DNA of 64,000 bases, taken from the NCBI RefSeq assembly GCF_964355755.1, contig NC_092676.1:20602871-20666870 (forward strand), in the 5' to 3' direction. Positions 43,801-55,800 of the stretch are shown one piece after another. Under the pieces are notes generated by a model. The model was given only the letters and a program-made list of their open reading frames with translations. It did not search any database and was not told the DNA's origin. The position numbers and the translations under genes were made by a program. Source of the stretch: Antedon mediterranea. Taxonomy: Eukaryota > Animalia > Echinodermata. The number at the start of each line of letters is the position of its first letter. The first letter of the stretch is position 1.

Positions 43801-46800
43801 AGACACTATCACCAATGTGTATACTGATTTCTTTGAAGTGAATAGTAAGTATTAGTGATAATAAGATAAATATTTCCTTTTTTAATAATAATTACTAGAT
43901 ATCATTGTTAAAAAATATAGGCTAGTGTACAGAAGGAAATATAACAACATGGCACTGACTGAGCTTGCTTTGCCTAGATAGAAACTCGTAACAGTCCTTA
44001 GATCTTATGTCTGGCTGCAACAAATATCAACAGCACCGTACAATGTACATATTCTCTGCGGCGCGCATTGTCAGTTAAGGGACGTGGGACTGATCGTGTC
44101 ACAGCATCAGATAAACCATTTGATCTCCTGAGCTCAGCATCCTGTTGTTAGATTGTCTTGGCGTGCATAATGCTTTATTCTTTATTCTTTATAACATGCC
44201 TTTAAGTACCAGATGTCTCATATTTAAAAATAACTGTACTTTTTTAGTTAAGTCAACCTAAATGTATATAGATTGTATAATAGCTTTTCTTTATTATGTA
44301 CTGTTTATTCTATAGATATGATATTTGAAATAATGATAAATAAACAAATAAGGCATACTGAGAATCCTAATATCAAATATTATTTTAAAGGATATCATTT
44401 CAATGATTTGTAAAAAGTAAATATTTCACTAGACGTTTGTTTTCAAATCTATAGGCTACAATGACAATGCTTGGCGATTTGCTCAAACTACCATCAAGGT
44501 TGGACATGCATATAATGTAGTGATAGAAGGGGAAGTAGGCTCCAACTATCAGGGTGACATAGCCGTGGATGATGTTTCCATTGTACCAGGAACATGTGGA
44601 AGGAGAGGTATGTTTTAAATTAGTCCTAATATTTCCTGTTGTTTTTTGTAGATTTCATATGTAATTTAAGTGGAGAGAGAATTCTTGGTCCTCACTCCAT
44701 GACGGTTGTCACATAATGCTTTCCTTTCTCTTTTTTATTGTATTTTTATGTTTCATATGAACAGTTTGTCTGAAATAAAGAATTGTAATATGCAGCAATA
44801 TTGTTATATTATTCTACTTTGATATATTACTGCATTTGAAGCAAGGATATTGTTTTGTAATTTTATTTTTTACTGCATTTGAACTTCATAACAAAAAATA
44901 TAGTAAAACATATTTTAGTTTAACCTAAGTGATATTAGAAAATAAAAACACAAAAGACTTGTAAATTCTATGTATTCAGGGAGTTGTTCATTAACGTTTT
45001 CTTCAAACAATACACAGTTTTGGCAAACCCATATTGAAATACAATGTTTTTGTTGTTGTATTGTTGTCCTTGCAGATTCTTTCCATTGTGGAAGCTATTA
45101 CAAATAGAGTCAACCATGTGTAAAGCTCATGAATATATAAATTATGTTAAATATGACATTGTTTATTATTTTTATTTATTTATTAAAATATGTAAATTAG
45201 TGTTTTACTACTACTACTACTACTACTACCACTACCACTACCACTACCACTACCACTACCACTACCACTACCACTACTATCACTTGTGATTATTGTTAAA
45301 CAAACATTACTTGGATTACTGCATTCAACACCATTACTGCAACATGAACACTGTAACAAACATACTCTATAGTTTCATTGTGGTCAGTATTGCTTCTCGG
45401 CCTTTTGGCTAAGATCATGTGTAATATCTGTTCTTTTCAGCTTAATATCTGAAATGCTGCTCATTGAGCTTCTATATTAAACTGATTTTTTAACCTACTG
45501 TAGGCCATGAAATAGGAGCTTGCCCATCCTGGTCACGGGTTGGCCTGGTATTGCAGTACCTCCAGGATCGGCCCATCCTCTAAAGAGGGAATAATCTAAT
45601 AAAAACAGAACATGTCGGAAAATAAATATTTTATTAGTGTAATTTTGAGCTTTTTGTTACACTCTTTTATTTGATTCTTAATTCAGGTTTCTGTGACTTT
45701 GAAATTGACAAATGTGGTTGGATTAATGAGCCTACATTGGATAGCTTTGATTGGCTACGGAATGCAGGGAGCACTCCAAGTGCATATACAGGCCCGACCA
45801 TTGATCATACTAGTGGAACATCATTTGGTAAGGTTTATTATTATTTTTACAGATGTGTTGTCCCCCAGAAACATAAAAAAATTAAGATTAGTAAAATTTG
45901 ACTTTGAATATACCATTTTGTAATTTTGAAGTGAATCACTTCCGTAAAAAAAAAATGTTTTCACTTATAAAAAGACAAAATAAACTGTTAAATTCAACCA
46001 AAATCCCATTGACCCGGAAACTTTATATCAGCATATTGATTTTCGCCATTCAAACAGTATATGTTTGAATATCAATAAAACCAAAGTGTTGCTAAGAATA
46101 AAAAATCCCAGAAAAGTTTATTTCTGGAATACTTATACCATAGTAAATAGTCATTGTTTAAAAAACATAGAGAATTATGTCACCAGTATCTATTGAAAAT
46201 TCTTTTTATTGGTACCTTTAAATGTCTTCAATTATTGGAAATGCTTCTGTATACAAGTAGTTGTCTTTAAATGATGTTAAATATTTTTATGTGATTTTGG
46301 AAATCGTATAACCTCTTGGGTACCTGTATGCCTCCTGTGTACTTGTATACTTATTTTGTACCTGTTCCTCCTAAAACCTGGTGAACTATTATGATATCTT
46401 TTTTTTGTACTACAGGCTACTACATGTTTGTTGAGATGAGTTCTGGAAATCTAGGAGTAGGGTCTAATGCTATGTTTGTATCAGAACACCTTCCTAGCAC
46501 AAATGATGCTTGTTTATACTTTTGGTATCACATGTATGGTCAAGGTAATTATTACACACTATTTAAAATATACACTACATTGATTAATTAATGGAATGAT
46601 ACTACTGCTAGGTACCACCTTTTATTGTCAAAAAAGGTCCACACCCTCATGTATTTAGAACACATTGTTTGGTATGTGTAGGCCTATGAATAATTGCCTT
46701 TCATTGGTCAACGACATTACAATAGAGTCATTCATGTGTTAAACTCATGAATATTCAAACATTTAATAAGTATTACAAAATATAATATATTTAATGAAGG

Positions 46801-49800
46801 ATATTAAAAGTCTATATTTTCATAAGAAATAAAACAGGGTGAGCAATATTCTTATGATATATTAGTAAAATAATTCCGACAACAATTCTTTTAATTGACA
46901 AAAGTTTAAAATTTAATTACTACAATTCAACACCAATATTGCACCAGCAAGGTTGTAGAATGTAAACATTTTAATTATCTGTATCGCTTCTCGGCCTTTT
47001 GGCTGGGTTGGCCTGGTATTGCAGTACCTCCAGGATTGGCCCATCCTCTAAAGAGGAAATAATCTAATAAAAACAGAAATTTCCACTTCTTAAACTAATT
47101 TTCCACTAGGTAAGTTTGTTTGCGCAAATTCAACGCTCTGCAGAGAAAAACAATCTTGCTACCCCTTCCACTACAAGAGCAAATAGCTGTGATTTTCATG
47201 TTCATTGCTTGGTTCGCAGGCGTGCTCATGAACGTGTCAGCTCATTTCCTGAGCTCTGATTGGTAGCGCATTTTTTATCTTCGTACAAAGTAGAAACAAT
47301 GCGAGCTACTAAACTCATAGAAATAATCTAATAAAAATAGAAACAAATCAAACAATGTATTCGTTCTTCACCAGGAACTGGAGATTTGAATGTTTACATC
47401 AAAGATGACCAGGGTAACATGAGAATAATTTGGACACTTTTTGGTGACCAAGGAGACAAGTGGTTCCAGGGTATTTCAAATCTTGTTAGCTCAACAGAAT
47501 TTCAGGTAAAATTAATACCTTAATATAAAGAGCATGAAAGTAGTGTGACCTTCTTTTGAAAGTAAGACATGCATGGATTACTCTCGTTAAATATTGTATA
47601 CATATTAATAAAAAACACACCTTAAATCTTATTTCAATTTTTGTTTGCACCCAGCTATACTCTATATCCATAAATGTAAATCTCAATTCAAGTCACTTTT
47701 AAAATCTCACCTGATTCATAATTAGTAAACAGCGTTTTATAAACGTTTATTATTATTACCAATATCTATGTATTGATGTTTAGATTGTTTTTGAGGCTAC
47801 TTATGGAACCACTTATACTGGTGACATTGCTTTAGACGACATAGATATTGAGGCTGTTGGCTGCCCTGGACAAGGAATACAGACAACACTTGCCCCAGCA
47901 TTACGTAAGTATACATTTTTTTTAGGGCTTTTGCTCTCTGCGGTTGAAAATCAAATATTGCATGCGACGATTGTACACTGCATAGACCGTTGGTGGTCTT
48001 TTGTTATCCAATGAATACCCAACTTTGCAATTTCTAGTTAAGCACAATGATGTTCTTATAGTATGATAATAATTCATAACTTCCTACCAGTAGAACTGAC
48101 ATTGCAGAATACAAATGGAACAGTAGAGTCTAAAGTATTTCCTCCATTATATAATCGTGCATTACAAGTATAGTACAATTAGGATAAATCACAACCCACT
48201 TAAGAAATAAATACTGTAACAGTGTCAGAGATGACCTAAAGCTTTGTCTACACTATCAAACTTATGTGACAAAAAAATGAGATGTGCTCATATATGGACA
48301 TGATAATGTCATATCACTACCATATTTGGGCATATCAGTACCCTATATGGGCACATCACACTTTGTGTTTGATAGTGTAGACAGAGCCTAAGACTTAAAG
48401 TTGTGTGTTTACAACTATAATCTCATTCTAAGAAAAGAAGTAGTCCAAGAACTTTCTACCTTTTACACCACACTTGAGTTCAAATACTTTCCTTGTGGCC
48501 AAAAAGATGCTGATACTTGTGTAATTACAGCACTGTTGTATTGATTGTATTTTTCTTTGACAGTAATGGATCATTAATTGTCCATGTTTGTTTTTTCAGC
48601 AATGAATTGCCAATTTGAGACAGGTTTGTGTAATTATAAACAACTAAACGATGATGAATTCAACTGGACACGAAACAAAGGCTCAACATCTAGTACAGAT
48701 ACCGGACCTTCAACTGATCATACCTTAGGAACAGGTGGGTGCTGCATCTATTTATGTGGAATATCTTTTATACAGTTATTATTATCACAGGGATGTATTA
48801 CTGCACAGTAAATTAAATTGTTGTCTTTTTTCAAGTCTTTTTAGTTGTACCAATTGAGTAAGTACATTTGTCATTGTTTTTTTTAAAACAATGTTTGGAA
48901 AATTTCTGTAAGTGTGATTCTATTCCAGTTTTGATAGATAAATATTCGTTTTACTTTTAATTGTTTTATTATCTTTGCATTTAGTACACAATTTATTGTC
49001 ATTGAACTTTGATTTTGCTCTGACAGATAGGGTCTTCTAGAGAGAGACAACCTGTGTTTTGCATGATCTGTTATACCTTTTAATAACTTTATTTTTAATA
49101 AAGCAAACATCTTATTTTTGTTTTCTAGGTTACTATATCTATGTTGAAGCATCTAGTCCACGCGTAGCAGGTGATAGAGCACGAATCATGACTCCAAAAC
49201 AAAACCCAACGACTGCTATTACGATGTGTGTTCAGTTCTGGTACCATATGTATGGCCCACATGTTGATCGTCTCAATGTTTACTTGAGAAGTGGTTCCAA
49301 TGATCAGCTGGTATTTACAAAGTTTGGTACACAGGGTAATGTCTGGCACAAGGCTGAGAAGTCCATTGATAGTGATGATATGTGGAGTGTAAGTTGCTTG
49401 AAACATATTGTTGCCACTTAAACAAATAACAACAGAAAAACATAAATACTTCTGTATGTAAACTGTTGTATGGAGCCATAATATCATATTCTAATAAAAC
49501 CAACATATTTCAATACTTCAAAAAAGATATCCTTTGGAAAAATAATCCAGTCCAGATGAATAGTATAATAAAAGTTTAGATGTGAGACTATCCCGACATT
49601 TGTCAAATTCCACCTGAGATGAATCAGAATATAACCATTTCCCATACAGTATATTATAATTAGCGTATGACTTTTATAGGACTCTGATAGCATCTTCAAA
49701 ATGTTTACTGTTCAGTAATATGTGTAAGAAGTGTCACATTTTCTTGACTTAACATCCTATTGTATACCATATACTAACTAAAGCCTATTTTAAATATTTA

Positions 49801-52800
49801 TGATAGTTGATATTTGAAGGCAAGATTGGTGTGAGCTATGCAGGTGATATTGCTATTGATGATGTCGCCCAGTTTACCGGACCTTGCACAGCTATTCGTA
49901 AGTGCATGCTTAAACATTTTTTTAAAAACACATAAATGTATCAAGACATACATTTTTGAAGATTCATTTTTGCTAACTATAGCTTTTAAAAAATCTTTTA
50001 GGTGAGTGCGATTTTGAGTTGGACTTTTGTGAATGGACACAAGAGAAATCAGATGATTTTGATTGGTCACGTGGTAAAGGCGGTACACCATCTGCTGGAA
50101 CAGGGCCAACAGTTGATCACTCAACTGGAACATCAGCAGGTAGGTGTAAAGTTAGTTACCTCTGTAAGTTCCTATACACTTACTCTCTTAGTCGTCATAA
50201 CAATGTAGTAATAACACGAGACGGGTTAACTCTATTTAACACAAACAACGGTGCCTTTATTATCGATATGGCGTGCTCGCAGCACAACAAAACCGCACAC
50301 ACACTTTATGTGCTCTACAACCTTTGACCTCTCGGTCGCCGTGTCTATAGACACTACATCCCTTCTTTTCTCATTTAAGATAACAAACTAAAATTAACTA
50401 ACATTAAAACTATAAACTTCTACTCTGTAACATCAGATTCATTTACTTTCTCATTACCCTTTTCAAACTCAATCTTTTTAAGGTCTTTTACATTTCTTCG
50501 ATTCTGTACACCTTCATCGTTTTCGATCTGAACACTGTTTCCCTTCTTTTCTATTACACTATATGGCATCTCTCCATAAGTCGTACTCAACTTATTTTTC
50601 TTATCCTGTTTCACAAACACTTTATCTCCTTTCTTAATTTCTGATTCTTTCGATTTCTTTCTTTTATCCCAATATTCCTTCTGTTTTACTTTACTTTCAT
50701 AATCCTTAACTCTAATATCATCATCGTTTGGGTCTCTCCCTTCATTACCCATCTCAGGCAACTTGGTCCTGAGTTGTCTACCATACATCAATTGTGCTGG
50801 ACTTTCACCAGTAACACAGTGTGGTGTTGTTCTGTACGCCAACAGAAACTTATTAATCTCTCTCTTCCACACTTTCCCTTCGGCAGACATTGCTCTAATA
50901 GCTTTTAGGAGTGTTTTATTCTGCCTTTCAACTTCTCCGTTTGCTTGAGGAGAATAAGGTGTAGTTTTTCTGTGAGAAATTCCGTTCTCATTTACGAACC
51001 TCTTAAACTCATCACCTCTAAACTGAGGACCATTATCACTCACGATCATCTCTGGTAATCCGTGAGTTGTGAACCAATTATCTAAGGTCTCAATCACTTT
51101 CCCTGCTGTGGTTGAGTGTAGTACACCTACCTCAAACCATCTAGAATAATAGTCCACTGCTACTAATAAGCTTTCCCCTCCAGGAAACGGACCACACAAA
51201 TCAATACCAATATGCTGCCATGGCTTTTGTGGCAGATCGGTTGGTTTCATTGGTTCAGGTCTACTTTGTCTATCGACTACCTGACAAGCCTGACACACTT
51301 TTACATAATTCTCAATTTCTCTATCGATTCCAGGCCACCAAACCTTTGTCCTTAATCTAGATTTACATTTTACTATGCCTTGGTGTCCCTCATGTGCCAA
51401 ATTCAATACTTGTTTCCTTAACTCTTCTGGCACTACAATTCTATGTTGCCTTAAAATCAACTTCCCTATTACTGCTAGCTCCGTTCTTACATGTTTGAAG
51501 CTTTCTACTTTTGGATTTGACCAATTATTATTAGTGATTGCTTCCCTTAAGCATATCATTGTTTCGTCTTTCATTGAAACTTGTTCTATTTCTTTAGTGG
51601 TTAAGGCCATTGGTGTTGCACTCTTTGCAACAAAATATATATACTCTTCAGCTACATTTCTCTTAGACTCTACTACAAGTGGCAATCTTGAGAGGGCATC
51701 AGCAGCATTTAACCTTCCTGGTCTATAGATAACACTAAAAGTATACCGTTGTAATCTTAAAACCCAGCGTTCTATTCTCGCTGATGGTTTCGATCGTGCT
51801 GAGTAAATAACCTCTAACGGTTTATGATCTGTAATTAAATCAAACTTAATTCCGTACAGATACAAATGGAACCTCTCACATGCCCAAACTATCCCCAGGG
51901 CCTCTTTTTCTGTTTGGGAATACCTCCGTTCGACATCAGTTAGCGATCTACTGGCATACAACACAGGCTTAAACATGCCATCATCCTGTTTTTGTACTAG
52001 AATTGCCCCTACCCCAACTGGGCTAGCATCAGTTATAACTTGTGTTTTAGCCTTGTTATTGTAATATGCCATTGCTTCTGCACTTGTAAGTGCATTCTTC
52101 AGGTCATTTAAAGAATCATTTTGTTCTTTACCCCAGACCCAGGGTTGTTTTGCCCGTGTTAATTTTCGTAATGGTTCTTCCCTTGTTGAAAGATTATTTA
52201 TATATCTTCCACAATACCCGACCAAACCTAAGAAACTTCTAACTTCCGCAACATTTGTCGGAACCTTTGCTTCTTTCACAGCAACTACTTTTTGTTTAGA
52301 CACCTCTAATCCATCTTTGGACAATACATTTCCCATATAATCTAACTTATCTAGACCAAACTTGCATTTGTCCAAGTTTGCCGTTAACCCTCTTTCTCTT
52401 AATGTATTTAATACATTCTTTAGATTTACGTCATGCTCTTTCTGATTACAACCATACACCACTATGTCATCGGCAATTACCTTTACCCCTTTACATTTTG
52501 CCAGTACTTGTTCCATGATATGCTGGAACATTTCAGGGGCACTTGTAATACCGAACATGAGACGTTTAAACCTAAATAACCCACAATGTGTTATGAATGT
52601 AGTTATGTCACGTGACTTATCATCCAGTTCAATTTGGTGGAACCCCCATTTAAGATCTATTTTCGAGAATAGTGTGGCTCCATTCATGTCATGTAAAACT
52701 TCTTCAATCGTCGGTATGGGATATCTAACCCTCATTATGGCCTCATTTGCCCTACGCATATCTATACACATTCTCAAATCATCACTATTTTTCTTAGGTA

Positions 52801-55800
52801 CAAAAACTGGTGGTGATATCCACGATGTGGGACCCTGTACCGGCTCTATTATGTCATGATCTAACAACTCATTTAACTTTCTTTCTACTGCATTTCTTAA
52901 GTTAAAAGGAATTCTTCTTTGTGGTTGAACTATGGGCTGTACCTTATCATCAATATGTATCTTTAATTCATAATTCTTTAATTTACCAACTCCGGTAAAG
53001 ACATCCTTGTATTCGTTAAACAACTGATCATTTTTGTCATTGACTTGGACATTACACAACATATCTATCTTTAATATGTTAAGATCACTTGCACCTCTAT
53101 ACCCAAGGATTGTACAACATTCCTTATTATCAATTACCACAAATGTTGTATTTATACCTTTTTTTCCATAATGCACATAGGCATCAAACTCTCCTTTTAC
53201 TCTTAATGGTTCTTTTGATCCATAAGTATACACTTTCATCTTGCTAGGCCTAATCTTTATGTTTAATTCTCTAGCAATATCATAATTAATAATATTTACA
53301 CTGGCTCCTGAATCAATCAAACACCTTACATCTTTACCGTTAACATTTACAGTACACAATGGTTTAGTATCTTTTGTTTTTATAACAAATAAAGTCTCAG
53401 AGTTATCAGTATCACTATCAGAACTACTGTTCGTCGTGGTTTGATACACTTTTCTTGGTTTAGACTTTCTTGAGTGATTACTTGGTTTTTTTGACTGGCA
53501 CACTACCGCAAAATGTCCAGATTTTCCGCAATTATGACATTTCTTGTTATTCACAACACTACAAGCTTTAGCTATGTGACCTGGTTTGCCACAACGATAA
53601 CACGTCTTATCTCCTCCACTCGAGCTCGAAGCACTACTACTGTAACTTTTCTTAGACTCCGCCCACTTTTTTCGGTTACCATCGCGACTTCGCGGCGGTT
53701 GTTTTGACTCATCGCGTACGCGCCTTCGACGCTACTACCTTGTTGTTGTTGCGTGGTCTGTAATCTCGAAGCTTCCATTTGATGGGCCTGCGTGTCCGCT
53801 AGCTCATGTGCCCGTGCTATTTCTAACGCTTTGTCTAATGTTAATTTTTCCTCTCTAAGCAATCTAATTCTCAACTTCTTTGATCTACACTTTTCAATTA
53901 TTTGATCTCTTATCATATCTTTTTCTAGTTCAGTTTCGTACTCACATGTTTTTATCAATTTCTTCAGGCGTGTAGCAAAACTGTCCATCGTTTCCCCGTT
54001 CTCCTGCACAGCTTGTCGATAAACATGCCTTTCAAACGCAACATTTTTCTTCGGCAAAAAATAAGCATTTAGCGCTTCGATTGCTTTTTCATAAGTGTCA
54101 TCTTCCTTTGTTAACGTTTCAAATAACTCCTGTACTCCTTCCCCTGCTGTATGTAATAATATAGCCTTCTTTTGCTGGATGTTTTTGACGTTGCTCGCAA
54201 CTATGTACAACTCAAAAGATTTCCGCCATTTTTCCCAACGTTGTTCGAGGGCTTGGCTGTCCGTCGTATCAAAACCGGCAATTGGGCTTACCTGAAAAGC
54301 CATTCTATAAATTTATACTCGTCGCCACTGTAAAGTTAGTTACCTCTGTAAGTTCCTATACACTTACTCTCTTAGTCGTCATAACAATGTAGTAATAACA
54401 CGAGACGGGTTAACTCTATTTAACACAAACAACGGTGCCTTTATTATCGATATGGCGTGCTCGCAGCACAACAAAACCGCACACACACTTTATGTGCTCT
54501 ACAACCTTTGACCTCTCGGTCGCCGTGTCTATAGACACTACAGTAGGAAATCTAAGTTACTGGTATATCAGGGAAGAGTTAAATTTTACTCTTCCCTGGG
54601 TATATGAACGCTGTATTACTAGTACTTGTTACAATTGTTTTATAAAATTGCGATTGCTTGATTTTATAGGTTATTTGTTACTACTTTTAATACAGTAGCT
54701 CTTTGACATTGCGTTTTACACCAACAAATAAACACACAGCATACAGTATAAAATAGCTATCCATCAATATGCAAATGCTGTCATAGCGAAGTAACAGGTG
54801 AAGCCTATTTTCCATTAGCGAACATATTTGCATGAATGAATATATCTGAATTCTGATTGGTTGTGCATTTTTTCATGTCACAGATGTATGTAGGCATTTG
54901 TCAACTCTTTTGAATAACGTGAATAAATTGGCCAAGTGGAAAACAGACTTAAGATAGCTATATTTGATGTACATTAACTAATAAACACACAACGAATAGT
55001 ATACATACACCAATATACAAATGATGTCAAAGCAAAGTAATTGAAAATATTCATTATTATTGTCGGTTTTTGTTACAGGATACTTTGGATACATTGAGAC
55101 ATCGTCTCCTCGTGTAGCTGGTGATATTGCACGGATACTCAGTCCCACTTATCCCGACACGCAAGGAGAATGTCTTCAGATGTGGTACCATATGTATGGA
55201 AGTGGTATTGGTACCATGACTGTGTACTCTAAAGATCTTGTCACCAATATTGAGAGTGCTCCGCTTTGGACCAAGTCAGGTGTGAATCAAATTTGTTATT
55301 TTAAGTATCACACAAAATACAGAACATTCTTATTCTTGTTTTTGAGTGAACACACCTGAGTAGACTTATAAATATCTAAGCTTGGTTATGTATAAGCACT
55401 GAAAGAACATGTCCATTCATTAATTATCATTATGTCCACATTGGAGGCAAAGTAATGTTTTCTCCCCTGTTTGTTGGTGGGTTTGTTTGTGAACAGCCTA
55501 CAGGCCACATTTTTCAAATCCTCTAGTTTATTACGATTATTATTATTTTTGTTTTTAGGTGACTTAAATGATCAGTGGCGCTTTACTCAAATATCTGTGT
55601 CAGCTGCACATCAATATCAGATAATTATTGAAGGTGTGGTAGGCTCAAACTACCAGGGCGATATTGCCATTGATGATGTTGAGATTACCACTGGCTCCTG
55701 TGGACGCCCAGGTAGGGAAATTCTTCTTTCTTTTTTATCTTACATACTGAGTGAAAACATCATAGTTGAGAAATATTATAAAAGTTAATTATTTCATTTT

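Larger units (their letters stand above)
50145..54542 (-). mobile_element. full-length Ty3/Gypsy LTR retrotransposon (Mag/SURL-like), 4398 bp
   Basis: Two apparently identical 214-bp TG..CA LTRs, TSD GTAGG (50140-44 and 54543-47), PBS, PPT, and gag + PR-RT-RH-IN domain order. Confidence 0.97.

Noticed and set aside
45044-45289. Tyr/His-repeat protein ORF
   Set aside because: It is the translation of an intronic (CTA)n/(CCACTA)n microsatellite.
52455-52480. RT motif IADD instead of YxDD as a sign of inactivation or novelty
   Set aside because: Both catalytic Asp residues are present, and this variant is common in Mag-like Gypsy RTs.
50763-54698. + strand ORFs inside the retrotransposon as extra genes or env
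   Set aside because: They are short antisense shadows of pol, gag and the LTR with no recognisable motifs, and there is no room for env between pol and the PPT.
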